Shown in pieces: positions 13,558 through 27,589 of a stretch of 64,000 nucleotides of DNA. The notes beneath the pieces are model-generated. The model ran no database searches. It was not told the origin of the DNA and was given only the letters and a program-made list of their open reading frames with translations. The translations under genes were made by a program, and so were the position numbers. Position 1 is the stretch's first letter. Every line of letters begins with the position of its first letter. The stretch is from Eledone cirrhosa (Eukaryota), in contig OZ024741.1 in assembly GCA_964016885.1 (NCBI GenBank), forward strand, positions 91,326,001-91,390,000. The letters run 5' to 3'.

Positions 13558-14900
13558 AATAGTTTCTACTTTTTGCACAAGGCCAGCAATTACCCAGTAC
13601 ATTACTGGTACTTTATTTTATCGACCCCGTAGGGATGAAAGGCAAAGTTAACCTCGGCAGGATTTGAACTCAGTAGTAATAATAATAATTGTTTCTACTT
13701 TAGGCACAAGGCCAGCAATTACCCAGTGTATTACTGGTGCTTTATTTTATCGACCCTGTAAGGATGAAAGGCAAAGTCAACCTTGGCGGGATTTGAACTC
13801 AGATCGTAAGGGGACGTAACAATAGTAGTAATAATAATAATGAATAGTAGTAATAATAATAATGATAATAATTGTTTCTACTATTAATGATTTCATTTAT
13901 TGGCCACAAGGGCCGACATGTAGTGTACAATACAAAGACACAGACAGATAAGGTCAAGTAAAAGTGCATAGTGGCAAGACTAATTTAACAATGAAGATAT
14001 AAAAATATAAAATAAACTATGCATAAATATAACAAAATAAATTCCGCTATAGGGAGTGGACGACTCAGGGGTGACTCAGGTACCCCACCAATCCTGAACC
14101 ACCCTGCGCTTCTAGGGTATCCGGGGGAGAACACCCCTCAACTCCTCAAATTAGCTAGCCTATAGGCACATGGTCAGAGTAGGCCCATTCACACGGGCCA
14201 TTCTTGCCACTTTAATAATAATAATAATAATAATAATAATGGTTTCTTATATAGGCACAAGGCCAGCAATTTTGGGGTAGGGGACAGGCGATTAAATCGA
14301 CCTCAGTGTATGACTGGTACTTTATTTTATCGACCCCATAAGGATGAAAGGCAAAGTTAACCTCGGCGGGATTTGAACTCAGATAATAAAGAGCCATAAC
14401 TCTATGCTGCAAAGCATGGCATCAGACCCTCTACAGATACTGCCAATAACAATAATAATAATAATAATACAGAAAAATACATAGCCAAAACCCCAAGACT
14501 TACAAATATATACAGCATACAAAAGATAGCACTAATAGGCACTGCACATATTACGAAAAGTACTATGAATACAATAGAAACAACATCAGCAAAATCTACA
14601 CTACCCAAGGTGCACAGAGCTGTTCTCAGTAAAGCAGCAGTAAGGATGTGCAATAAAAAATGATAATGAAAACAATAATAATGATAATAATAATAATAAT
14701 GACGATTTCTGCTATAGGCACAAGGCCAGCAATTTGGGGAGAGGGGAAAGTTGATTAAATCGACCCCAGTACATTACTGGTGCTTTATCTTATCGACCCC
14801 GTAAGGATGAATGACAAAGCTAACCTCAGCGATATTTGAACTCAGAACATAAAGGGCCATAATTCTATGCTGCAAAGCATGTTGTCTGATGCTCTACCAA
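13558..14900 (-). mobile_element. Cluster of four copies of the SINE (13560-13672, 13688-13820, 14240-14445, 14705-14900)
   Basis: Repeated ggcacaaggccagcaatt...ttatcgacccc.taaggatgaaaggcaaagttaacctcggc..gatttgaactcag, separated by (AAT)n. Confidence 0.85.
13886..14211 (-). mobile_element. 3' end of a probable L1/Tx1-like LINE, copy 2
   Basis: Shares aatgatttcatttattggccacaagggccgacat, ctcaggtaccccaccaatc and cacacgggccattct with copy 1. Confidence 0.55.
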
Positions 14901-15682
14901 ATAATAATAATAATAAAATATTTATTTACAACATAGCATATATTAAAACATCTAAGGTAAATTTAACTCTTTTGACACTAAATTGCCTGAAAACCTGGTT
15001 GTATGATGTACAACTGTTTATTTTAATGTGGTTATATATTTACTTGAAACACTTTCCATTATAGAAGAACCTTTGTTAAGTTATGTTCTGAACTCCTGCT
15101 TAATAATGAGAAAGTTAGTTACATTACTAAATCCATTAACATTCTTGATTATTTAAAAAATTAGTTGAAAATCATATACAGTGTCTTTCATTAGAAATAT
15201 GGTAATGGAAGGTTAACTGTCATTAACATCAAAACTGATGCAGATTCCTATTTGTCAAATGAGCATATATGATTTATTGTGACATATTGCATGTTTATGA
15301 AATGTGAAATTATACAGAAAAGTGAAGAATTATGATCCTATGTTGAAATATAAGAAAAAAAAGCTGATAGAAACTATGTTTCCACTGGTCGTTCCATTGC
15401 CAATACTATCTATTGGTCAAAAGCTCTTTTTTGGTGACAGGTGGCAGAATTGAACCTCAATACACAGGATCAGTACAGATACTACAAAACATCCTGAACA
15501 ATCTTTCAACAATTTTATATAAAAACCATGTTAGGTTACTATCTTAGTAATGAAATACATACAATTTTTAATGAATACCTCCAAATTCTTCATTAATTAA
15601 TTGGAATAGAGTGTATTTTATTAGGAATATGTTTATGAATGGGTTAATTAAAAAAGAATATAAGGAAAATTCCAACACTTAC

Positions 15683-15832
15683 CACATATAAGAAATATTT
15701 CACCAGCAGAGTGGTAATAATATATTTTCTTGGGTAATGGGGTGGTCAGCACACCACATATTGATAAAACTGCAGCTAAAGCACCAAAAGATGCGGCAAA
15801 CATCATCAAGCCAAGAACAGCATTTTGCCAAT
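15683..15832 (-). CDS. Internal 150-nt coding exon of the same TMEM47-like gene (TM2 and start of TM3)
   Basis: cttcacag|AT acceptor and TGTG|gtaagt donor, phase 1/1. Translates xWQNAVLGLMMFAASFGALAAVLSICGVLTTPLPKKIYYYHSAGEIFLIC and splices in frame to the exon at 13077 across a 2605-nt intron. Absent from the ORF track. Confidence 0.88.
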
Positions 15833-15999
15833 CTGTGAAGAGATGATCAAAATAGAATTATCATAAACACATTGTAAAACACTTGTTTCGATACTAACCT
15901 GCCTGAAACTGTCCCTGGATCTGTGATACTAAGCTATTTATTTTAAACTTTTTGATACTAACTGGGCTAAAATTGGCTTTTGTTCTAAGAAACATAGAA

Positions 16000-16380
16000 A
16001 AATCACTAATTTTAAGGAGTTTGTATGTATATAAAGGGTTCCTACATAATAGTAAGATGTAAGCAGACAATTTTCAATTGATGGAGAGGAATGAAAGATG
16101 CCCGCTGTGCTTTATGTATGATGTTAATGTGTTTGAACAATGGAGCCCAAGTAAACTAAAGAAAATCTTAGTACTAAAAGAATTAGTCATAGTGTGCAAG
16201 GGAGGTAATTGCAATGTTATGGGCATGTGATGTGTGAGGAGAGTGAGAATTGTATAAAAAAAGCACTTGAAACTAATAGAACCTGTGGAAGAGGGAGACC
16301 AAGGAAGACACGGGGTGAATTCATGAGAAATGACCTAAAAAAACTGAACCTCATGAAGAAGATGATATAAGACTGAGTTG
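16000..16380 (+). mobile_element. Decayed RTE LINE 3' fragment
   Basis: ttatgggcatgtgatg (YGHVM) and ggaagagggagaccaaggaagaca (GRGRPRKT). Confidence 0.75.
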
Positions 16381-16384
16381 ATTT

Positions 16385-16453
16385 ATATTCAAACGTTTAG
16401 TGGTATATAACTTTCTTTATAAGAAAGTTATATACCACCAAACGTTTGAATAT
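16385..16453. repeat. 69-bp palindrome
   Basis: atattcaaacgtttagtggtatataactttctt tat aagaaagttatataccaccaaacgtttgaatat. Confidence 0.92.
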
Positions 16454-17984
16454 TTTCAAAATTATTTGAAAATCATAGGCAGTATCTTACATTAAAACTA
16501 TAGTAATGAAGGCCTAAGTAAAAAATAAATATTCAAAGTGAAGAAGTAATTAAAAGTGTTTAAATATTCTATATCTGCAGTTTATTAGTTTGACAAGACT
16601 TTATTTATTAAAAAACAGAAAGATGATGATCATCAATGTGGACTAGGGAAACAATGTTTACATTTGCTTTTCCACTGATATTATATGTTGACAGGGCTGG
16701 TGCTATCATTAGAGCTAAGCTGTCACCACAGCCATTAGAGATGAGCATTACTGAACCTTAAAAGATCACAGGTTTATACTCATTACAACACCACTCAGAT
16801 TTTGGAACTTCATTCCTGCACGTCTCAACAAAGCTACTACCACCAAATCCAATCAACATGTCTCCTAGGTAACAAAACATTATTTCTAAGTGACTGACAT
16901 ATTCCTGATCCATTTCTTAGTGCAATGACATTCACTTTAATACACAGTAGCTATAATCAGAACAGTCTCAAGACTTGTAATTCATTTCAGCAGTTATTAG
17001 TGCATTGTTACTGACATTTGGCGACTCACTGAACATTTATGTAAAAACCTCAGTAGTATTTCTCTTGGAGAATTTAGGAGATACGACCCCAGGCTCTGCC
17101 AAAGGCATTATATCATGGCACTTTTATTAAAGAAGTTGTCATATCTTTGACACAGCTGAAAAGTCCTCCCAACCCTTTATTTCACAGCTTTTCCATAGCT
17201 GGATGCTCTTTCTATCACCAACTACTTTATAGAATGTACTGGTTGTCTTTATCATGTAGATCACCAACATTTTATATTGTTTTTATGATACAAAACTGTT
17301 TATTTCAAAGTGTTTATATTTACAAAAACATCTTTCATCATAATTTTATGTAGAAATCATTGTGCAGTTATTTTCCAAATACCAGCTTGGTAATGAAAGT
17401 TATTTTACTAAGTAGTATATTTAGAATATAACAAAGAGCTGTCAAACTTTACTGACAAATTTTACAATCCATCTCTAATTTTACAATCCACCAAAATATT
17501 TTATTGAACACTTTGGGTTTGTATAATCCCAGGTTGGATACCACAGGACCAAATGTATTACCAAGATACACAACAGAAAAATACTGCATCCAACAAACAA
17601 GGAAGACTCTAATGATAACTGCCTCCCCCCACCAAATAATTATGGATGCACAAACTGATCAATAATATATTTAAAGAACTTACAAGGTTTCTTATCTTCG
17701 CAAGTGACTGGTTCTGTATTTGATCCTGCTGCTATAGTTGCAGTTGCTGACACATTATTATAACAGGAGTCCCATATGCCAACTGGATGTCCTGAAAAAA
17801 TATATAAAGCACAATAGAAATTAGTTTTGCCTATAATTAGTCATGCTGCATTACTACTCCCACCAATCATTCTCAATGTTCCTATAATTTCTCCTGGTGG
17901 ATTTGTAGGAGTACTGACTTGTGCTTTTATGATGAACTTGGCAGTACCCAACCCTTTCTACATTTGACAAAATCTAATTGTTTT

Positions 17985-18064
<80 letters not shown>

Positions 18065-18159
18065 AAAGGATGACAAGAAAAGTTGGACTTTGCTGGATTT
18101 GAAATCAGAGTGCAAAGAGCCAGAAGGAATATCACAAAGTATTGTATCTGATGCCAAGC

Positions 18160-18292
18160 ATTGCCAGTTGTTTAACAACCAACAGATACTGTCAATTCAA
18201 CTGTTTAACAACTGCCAGGTATTACCAATCCTGCTGTTTAACAACTGCCAGATGCTGTCAACTCAACTATCCAATTACAGCCAGGTTATATC
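18160..18292. repeat. 33-bp minisatellite, ~4 units
   Basis: ctgtttaacaactgccagatactgtcaattcaa-like units. Confidence 0.75.
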
Positions 18293-19129
18293 AGATACAT
18301 GTATAATTTCAGTGTTACTGATGTCAAGCAATGGAGAGAAGCAAGTAGAGATGTGAAAAATATTTTTTTCTATTTTTGTTTCTTTGAGTGACTAAAAACG
18401 TTATTTTTATCTAATTTAATTTATTTCATGCTTCTTTCTATGGGTTTTATCCACGGAGAAGGTATTTCTGCATTCATGAACTTCATCGTTATAGAGTACC
18501 AAATGGTTAATTCTTTATGCTAACTCAATTCCAATTTAGAGGGAGATGAAGAGGGACAAAAACAAAAAAGGTAGTTACAACAAATGTCACAGAGAATTTT
18601 TTTGTTAAATTTGCTGTCTTAAAACTTTTGTACCAAGCCGCCTGGAATAGCCCCTACTTATAGGACATGAAACTGTTTATTTTAAAATGTTTATATTTAT
18701 CTAAAAAAAAACTTCCAGTCTATGTGAAAACCTTTGTTAAATTATTTTCCAAACATTAAATCAATAATAAGAGATTTAGTTATATTACTAAATTCCACCA
18801 AATTCTTTATTATTTTCAAAGTTATTTGAAAATAATGACTTTCATTAGAAATATGGTAACAAAAATGTTAAAAGATTAAGTAAAAGTGTATGAAATATGA
18901 TAATCTAGTGACATGGTAACACAGAGTGATAAGAACTTTACATAAACAATAAGAATCAATAGAATATGAATAAGATATGATAGAGTATGATATTCTATTA
19001 TCTCAAAAAAGACATTTTTATTTTTAGTTGGTTTTGGAAATAACATCTGCCTCAAAGAAATTTGAAAATATAATACAAAGAAAATATACAAAAACGATAA
19101 TAATGGTTTCATAACACACAATATAATAG

Positions 19130-19315
19130 TTGTTTCTACTTTTGGCACAAGGCCAGCAATTATCCCAGTGTATTACTGGTACTTTATTTTATCGATCCCG
19201 TAAGGATGAAAGGCAAAGTTAACCTCGGCAGGATTTGAACTCAGAATGGCAAGGGCCATAACTCTTTGCTGCAAAGCATGGCGTCAGACCCTCTACCGAT
19301 ACTGCCATCCACCGC
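19130..19315 (-). mobile_element. Same SINE family, full length
   Basis: Reverse complement of the 19839 copy. Confidence 0.85.
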
Positions 19316-19838
19316 AATAATAGATAGACTATTCATATAAGAAGTTCAACAAAAGGTTTTATGAAAAAAAAAATATATATATACAACCCCCATCCCAAGG
19401 TAGCAAAAATAAAACAATAAAAAATGGTAACAATGACAACAAAAACAAAAGCTAATGCCCTGTGAGTGGAAATTGGTAGACAGAAACCATAGAAGCCCTT
19501 TGAGTGTATATATATGTATTTATATATATTTGTGTGTGTGCGTGTGTGTGTGTGTGTGTGCGTGTGCATGTGCATTATGTCAATCAACCCCAGTACTTGA
19601 TTGCTACTTTATCTTATTGACCATCAAATGATAAGACAAAAGCAAAGTTGATCTTAGTAGCATCTGATCTCGGAATGTAAAGAGCTTGAACAAATACTAA
19701 TAAGCATTTATATGACACTAACAATTCTACTAATCCACTGTTGGAATTCAAGAGATACACAGTTTGACTCTTCTAACTACTTATTTTTCAGTCTCTAGGC
19801 TTTAGGGGTATTTTCTAACACTATTATTACTGTAGCAA

Positions 19839-20030
19839 AAAGGGCGGTGGATTGGCAGTATCGGTAGAGGGTCGGACGCCATGCTTTGACGCATTGAGTT
19901 ACGGCCCTTGCCATTCTCTGTTCAAATCCCACCGAGGTTAACTTTGCCTTTCATCCTTACGGGGTCGATAAAATAAAGTACCAGTAATACACTGGGGTAA
20001 TAGCTGGCCTTGTGCCAAAAGTAGAAACAA
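19839..20030 (+). mobile_element. tRNA-derived SINE with Nin/Deu-like core, full length with TSD
   Basis: A-box-like tggcagtatcgg, B box gttcaaatcc, core gcctttcatccttacggggtcgataaaataaagtaccagt; 16-bp TSD attattactgtagcaa at 19823-19838 and 20030-20045. Confidence 0.88.
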
Positions 20031-20299
20031 TTATTACTGTAGCAACTGTGTTTGGGTTTTAATGTTTTCAAATTTCAAATCATCCAAATGCTTCGATAAA
20101 TCATAAAAAGGTTAATGTATGTATGTATGGTCCTGTGACTCCTGATAGGGTTGTAGGGGTGCCATATTGACATAGTGTTTCTTGGGCATTTTAAGCCTGT
20201 TGGAGCCCATCCCTTTCCAGGCCTGAGTACAACAGATTTCTTCCAGACAAAGATAGAAAGTGAGAGAGAGGAAATGAGAAAAAGATATAGAGAAGAATT

Positions 20300-20452
20300 G
20301 ACCCCAGTACTTGACTGATACTTTTTTATCGAACTCGAAAGGATGACAGGCAAAGTTGACCTTGGCAGTATTTGAACTCCGAGAGTAGAGAGCCGGAACG
20401 AATACATAAAGCATTCTATCCAGCGTTCTAACGACTCTGTCAATTCGCCGCC
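20300..20452 (-). mobile_element. Related SINE subfamily
   Basis: ggcggcgaattgacagagtcgttaga head, B box gttcaaatac, same core. Confidence 0.75.
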
Positions 20453-20782
20453 AAGAAGGTTAATAACGTCATCAAAAAAGCAATTGTTATTATTGACAAT
20501 ACTAAATGCTAGATGAAGTTGTAGAACATGAAAACTTAATTAGAACATGCCAATTATATTGAGAAACTAGATAAAGGCAATCACGTATGAATGTATGAGC
20601 ATATATATATATATGTGTGGGTGTTATGTATGTGTGTATATATGTATGTATATATATGTACATGAGCATATGTGTATAAACATACACACACATATGTATA
20701 TATAGGTGTGTGTATGTGTTATGTATGTTTATATGTATGCATGTGTGTGTACATAAATATATTTGTGTGTGTGGTGTGATGT

Positions 20783-20834
<52 letters not shown>

Positions 20835-21033
20835 TGATCATCATCCTATGTTCATTTTTCCATGTTTGCATTTGTTGGACTTTTCATAATTGGTTGGCAT
20901 GGAGTTTCTTTTCTGCCTTGATGCTTTTCCTATCACCAACCAATTTTCAGTGTGGGTTGGTGGCATTTAAGTTTGTACAGAGTCAGTGTCGTCTTAGATG
21001 GGTTGCCTTTACTATGGCTGACAGAATACACCT

Positions 21034-21065
<32 letters not shown>

Positions 21066-21165
21066 GATATAGATATCAAAGGTATATATTGAGTTAGAAA
21101 CTCAAAATAGTCTCTTACAATTAAATAGCTCAAGGAAAGAAATTTTTCCAGGTCGTATAATATAA

Positions 21166-21372
21166 TTGAATATAAAAAAGAGATAAACACAGATATATAC
21201 ATATATGTGTTCAAATCGTAAGGGACCAGATTCGCTAGGGTGAAAAAAGTACTAACTATGAACAATAGGGTTTGCCAGACTCAATTTAAAATAATAAATC
21301 AAGAAAATCTGGTCCCTTATGATTTGAACACATATATGTATAGATCCGTGTTTATCTCTTTTTTATATTCAA
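21166..21372. repeat. 67-bp inverted repeat with 73-bp spacer next to (TA)n
   Basis: Arms 21166-21232 and 21306-21372. Confidence 0.92.
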
Positions 21373-24300
21373 CTATATATATATATATATAACAAATAGT
21401 TTATCGCTCTATATAGCTGAATACAATAAATATAATCTGAATTTTTCGAATATTAATAATAATATTCGATTTGTTTGCAATTATGCAAACAGCCTCTTTA
21501 AGCCATGTCAGTAGAATGACTCCGTCATTCTTGCTCTTGTGTTGGCATATAAACAGCGTATATATATACACATAATATAACCATAACTGTCTGATGTCTT
21601 ATCATAAATGTGAACAAAGTTATTCCAATCTAATGCTACCCATGAACCTTATAAAAGATACCCATGCACATAAACCTAACCTGAATTACCACATACATGA
21701 CACTAAACACAAAGTAAAAAATAATCCTGTCCTTCTGAACTATATCAAAGAAGACACTCATGTATATCAATAGCCAAATGTATACTAATTATTGTATGAC
21801 GGTGAGGGACATCAGTTTGCAGCCATAATATTATGTGGTTTCTATATATTTGAAGCAACCACTAACCTACATAGATTAAAATCAACAACCAATTAACAAT
21901 CTGTAACCATACACCACCAAAAAAAAAGAAACACAAAACAAACTACATTATGCCCACTTAACCCCTTTAAAATGAATACCACTAACGTAACAAACAATCT
22001 CACTGAAATAGACTACTCAGTTAACAATTACAACCAGAACTGTCTGAAATCAAAACCTCATAATTATCTATCAACCAAAACATACACACACACACCACCC
22101 GCTCTAAACAGGCTGCCTCAGGAATTAAGTTTGCTTGTGGCTCACCAGATGCCTTAGTCAGGTTATTTATACAAATAGGCTTGCTAAGGAGTTGCTGTTT
22201 TCTCTAGACAGCTTGGCTGAAGAACTAGGCTTGCTAAGGTTCTCCACTTGTTAAGGACTCAACAGGTGACCTCAGGGGAATTCCATAATTAAAATAGATG
22301 CAGTTTGTGTGCATGTGTGTGTGAAATAATGGAAAACTAATAAATCACTGGAAGAACATGAGACAAACAGTAAAAAATATTGATATCAAATAATCAATTA
22401 TTTATCAACTGGTTTTGATTTCAATATCAATTTTATGGTCAGCCAAATCTGGTCAATACTCTATAGCTAGTAACAATGTCACAGTTCACAATTATAACAA
22501 CAATTGTTGCTACCAAACCACCATACCAGCACCCACTACTACTTCTACCTTCTCCTTCTCTTTATTTCCTGCATCCATGGTTAGTTATCCCAACAAGAAG
22601 ACTATATATCTATATTGAGTTTCATTTGACAGTAACCAGAAAGAAATTCCAGTCTAAAAGTTTTTCTTTCAGTTTAAAGTTTTGATAATATTGGGATAAT
22701 ACCAATTGTCTTCAGGTGCTAGCTTCTAGTGAAGGAAAGCTTATTTAATGATACTAGTGTTGTTTTACCTCTGGTCAGCCTTCATTGAACAAACCAAGGC
22801 TGCTTGCTTCCCCACATCCCTACTTCTGCTTTTTTGTTTTCTGTTTTCTTTTTCTTTCTTTTCTTTTCTCTGTCGCTCTAAAATTTGACAGAAATTGTCA
22901 AACCAAAGAATCCTTTATCACATGAGTCATTGACTGGATACTTTTAAAACTGTCTTTTTTGTGGTTGCCTTTGTAATAATGTGTGCTTAGCGTGCAGTAA
23001 AAACTATGACAAAAATAATCTGTCAATTTTCAAAATGAGAGAAAATAGGAGCAGATAAAAGGTTAGTACTTTCATAACATCACTACCCCAATGATGCAGG
23101 AACAGACAAAATGGTGTGATGGGGTTAGTGAATTCTGGTATCTGGGAGCCTATGTGCAGACTTCCTCATGATCTCAGTGGACAGAATGGAAAACCCATTA
23201 CCCCAGAAAATAACAAGTGAGACATGCTGAAATATCCATTCCAGTTCATAGGGTGTGCTCCTGCATGTGGCCAACTCTGCCTCAATAGTAGTGTGTAGGA
23301 GGTGGTCTGGGGACCAAGAACACTGGAAGTCACTACTGTCTTTTTTTTTATTGCAAGGGCTATTAGATACTTTTCCTTGTCTGTCAAGGTTTACTAGCTC
23401 AAATATAGACATAAGAAAAAAAAAACTTAGGATTAATGGTACTAGTGTTTTTGTTGTTATCCCCTCGTCAGACTTCATTAAACAGACCTATGATCAAAGA
23501 TATACCAGCTGTGAACATCTCTTCTTTCTCTAAATGCAGAGAATTCACAACTATGTTATCCAATATATCCTTATCTTAAAACAGTAGGATAGAATTTGAG
23601 GGAGAATTGGTTGCTGTTATTACTAGTAGCTTAAGCGACTAATGTTATAGCAATGTAGTTTTGTTCATTGATTTTGTTCTAATCAGATAATTGAGTCAAT
23701 TATTATTTGTCTAGTTAATCAGTAATATCTGTCATTAAGTAATCACTGTATTAATTTCAAGATGAGGGAGGTCGAGTATAGGATAAAATGACATCTACAT
23801 TCTAGGTTCAAATTCCTCCCAGATTAAATTTGCCATTCACCCTTCTGGGGTTGGTAAAATAATATATCAGTCCTATACTGTGGTTGATATAATCAGCTTT
23901 GCTCTTTTCCCAGATTTGTTGATCTTATGCCTAAATGAGAACTCTATAAGAATTTTATGCTGAAAACAAGGGAATCTTTTAACCTTACTAAAATATGTTG
24001 GTACAATATTGCAAAGTTTAAGAATGGGATTTACTAAAATCATTAATTATTTAATTACTAAATAACTTAACATATAGTTCTTATATAAAATTATGTTATA
24101 GAGGTCATCTTGGTGGCAAAAAACCCCCACTCAGTACAGCCTGTAAGGTGACCATGCTGGTGTCATTACAAAAAACGCTCATTCAACTCTTTAAAGGAGG
24201 TCGGACTGATGACACAATAAAAGCGCCTAGTCCACCCTGTTAGATGGTTGTTTGGAGCTAAGAGAAAAAGCACTCTGTCAACACTGAGACATGTTTGGTG

Positions 24301-26305
24301 TTAGGAAGGGTATCCATCCAAAGAAACCAAGCCAAAATACAGATCATATAAGCAAAATGTGGTCTCTGACCTGACTTATCTCATAACGAGACAACCCATC
24401 TAAATCATGCTAGTGTGGAAAATAGATGTTAAATGATGATGATGATGGAAGATTTTAAGTTAAATAGGTAATCTATAAAAGTTGGTGTTGTTTTTTTTCA
24501 TAGAACTAGTGCTGGATTTTGGCTGGGTTAGTATGAAAAAGGTTAAAACACTTGTACTGAGATCTGATCAAGTGTAAAACCCAAACAATTTTTCTGATAA
24601 TGTATTAGGGCATTTTAAATGAGATACAGAGAGAGAGAGAGAGGAACAAATTACAAGAGCCACAGTATAGATTGTTTAGTTATAAAGTACTCTTGTAATG
24701 TTTATGTCAATCACCCACAGGATGTGGCCTCATACTTGCCCAGTTTCACTCATGAATTCCCCACAGAAGATTCCAGACTTTGCAATATAGAATAATACTA
24801 TATGGAGAAATCAAAGAAGTTGTGAAATCAGGACTGTAGGGTGCCTTGATCAACATAGCTGATGGCTTCCCACCAGTCTGTACATTAAATTAAATCTTGT
24901 TTATATTTACTGTATGCAGGGTTAACCCTACCATTCAGACAAACTAAACAGCTGTCGTGAGTGCAGACCTCAGAAAATTGCATTACTGAACCTTAAAATT
25001 GCAGTTTTAAAATGATTTGTATAATTAAATTGAATATGCAATAATTTCTTGCAATCAAGCAGCCTTGTGGATATACCCAAAGTAGTAGAGAGTGTCATAT
25101 GGCATTATGACTTGTCACATGATTTCATGTGGGTGAATGTGGACTGTGTAATGGAAAATTTCGGTTTAGTAATTCTCTTTATGGGGTCAGAGTAAAAAGT
25201 GTCAAAAACTAAGGTTGTCTGTCAGCCTACCGAGCAGTAAGTTGACATCATCTTATTTAGGAGAACAGGTTGTGTGACTAGGAAAAGGAGGCACATATTA
25301 TAGAATCTAGGGTACTAAATACCCAGGTGCTGGCTCTGATTATATACTTTATTATGATCTTTTAATTATTTTATGTAATTACTAGCATGTTTCCTCTATG
25401 AAATTTCAAACTTGTTTCCTTATTGTATAAAATCTAACATTCTCTACCCTCAATTTTATATAATTTGTCTTTCCTACCCCATACATCTTTGTAAGTTCCC
25501 TTTCCACTTTTTTTAGCATTTCATGTTGGTGTCTATAGAATTATGGGTAATAGCCATTTGTGACCTGTTGAGGTCAACTTTGCCTCTTATCCTTCTAGTA
25601 GGTTGCTAAAATATAGTACTAGTCAAATATTGTAGTTGATTTATTAGACATTTGTTTCTCCACCAAATTGCTGGCCTTGTGTTTAAATTAGAAATTATTA
25701 TTATTATTAGAATAGGGGAAGTGGATTGGCAGTACTGGTTGAGCATCCAACAAACTGCTATATGATATTTAGTTACGATTTTCTATATTCTATGTTCAAA
25801 TCCTACTGTCTTTCATCCTTCCAGGGTCAATAAAATAAAGTACCAGTTATGTACTAGTGTCCATATAATCAACTTTCCTTTTCCTGTAAATTGCTGGCCT
25901 GGGGCCAATGTTAGAAGGAATAATTATTATTAATAGATTTAATCAACTTTCCTCTCCCCTCCAAATTGCTAGTCTTGTGTCAAAATTAGAAACTATTATT
26001 GTTGTTGTTGTTTTTGTGTTTTTTTATGTGTTGTGTCTTTTTCCAATTCATTACACCAAATTAGACTTCATCACTACCATATTAAACTTATTGATTCTTC
26101 ATGCTAGGCTTTTATCAACATTCAATCTTTCTCTCTTTCCTCTCCCTCATCTGTCTCTTCTGGTTCTCTCATTCTTCCTTCTATTTATCTCTAATGAAAT
26201 CCTGTCCAGATTGTCAAAAGCTGGTTTATGATCCAAATTCACTTCAATTCTATCTCTGCTACCTTCATTCCTTCTTTTTTTTTTAGTCTGTCTATTAATT
26301 AACTC

Positions 26306-26672
26306 AGATGTGGCTGTGTGGTTAAGGAGTTCATTTCATATCTATATGGTTTGGGGTTCAAGCTCACTGCATAGCAGCTTCGGCAAGTGTTTGCTACTAT
26401 ATAGCCTTGGATTGACCAATGCATTTTGAGTGAAATTTAGTACACAGCTACTGAGTGGAAGTGGATCATATGTATGTGTGTTTGTTCATATCTGTGTTGT
26501 TTGTTTATCTACCATAATTTTGTGGTATGTTAAAAAAAAAGATCAATGAAATAAGTACCAGACTTGCAAAAATATGTACTGAGGTCGATATAGTTGATAA
26601 AATATTTTGCAGGCAATGCTGCAGCATGGCCACAGTTTAATGAATGAAACTAATGAAAGAATAAAAGAATAA
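26306..26672 (+). mobile_element. Old tRNA-derived SINE of a third family
   Basis: gtggctgtgtggttaag A box, ggttcaagct B-box-like, cagcatggccacagt...taaaagaataaaagaa tail seen also at 8598-8645 and 37920-37980. Confidence 0.6.
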
Positions 26673-27552
26673 ATCTATTTAATTTCACAATTAATCTTGT
26701 TTGATTCTCTAGTGTTTTAATGTATGCGTTAGTAGGATTCTATTTATACTAACACTAGGTAATCTCTACTCTCTCCATTGGTTCTTAATTTCTGCTTGAG
26801 TGGTAGTAGTGCTGCAGTGATATTGAGCATTTAATTTTTTGTTATCTTACTCCTAATGACATACACTGTATTTTAATTAATTAATGAAGAATCAGGAGGG
26901 ATTTACTAAATTATTAATTATTTCATTATTAAAATAGCTTTAACAAAATATTTTTATATAAAATTATGTTGAAAGGATTTGATTTAAATAGGAAGCTTTT
27001 AAAATGGGTGGTTTTGTTTCATAGAAATGGAAACAGTTTTGGGTTGGGCTGGGCTAGTATCAAAAGGTTTAAACATGATGGAGGCCAACTCTCTCCAAGT
27101 TTGAACACAACTGGTTTCTTCCACAGAGTGAAGACTCCAGTGCTAGGCTAGTACTATATTTGTTGACCTCGGAGAGACGAAAGGCAAAGCTGGTCTTGGC
27201 AGGATTTGAATTCAGAGTGCAAAGAGCTGGAACAAATACAGTGAAGCATTCTATTCGATGTTCTAATAACTTTTGCCTCTTCACCACACATATCGTCTCT
27301 ATTATTGAACTGTAATACATATTTCTTGAAATGTCACATGGAAATAGAAATTGTAAAATTATTCTGATCTTATCTTCCTTGATGTGTAAATTTAATGGGT
27401 TTCTTTTTTGTGTTGTTTGATAGTAATGAGTTCAAACATTCAAACAGGTTTTTGTTATATTTCATTTCAAATATTTATTCATTAACATTTAAAGGTTATG
27501 TGAAATTGGTTATCAAAGTTGAGATCTTGTTCTTTTCACTCTTTCTTTCTCT

Positions 27553-27589
<37 letters not shown>

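Noticed and set aside
13141-13632. 163-aa plus-strand ORF
   Set aside because: Antisense read-through of a LINE 3' end and SINE; no recognisable domain.
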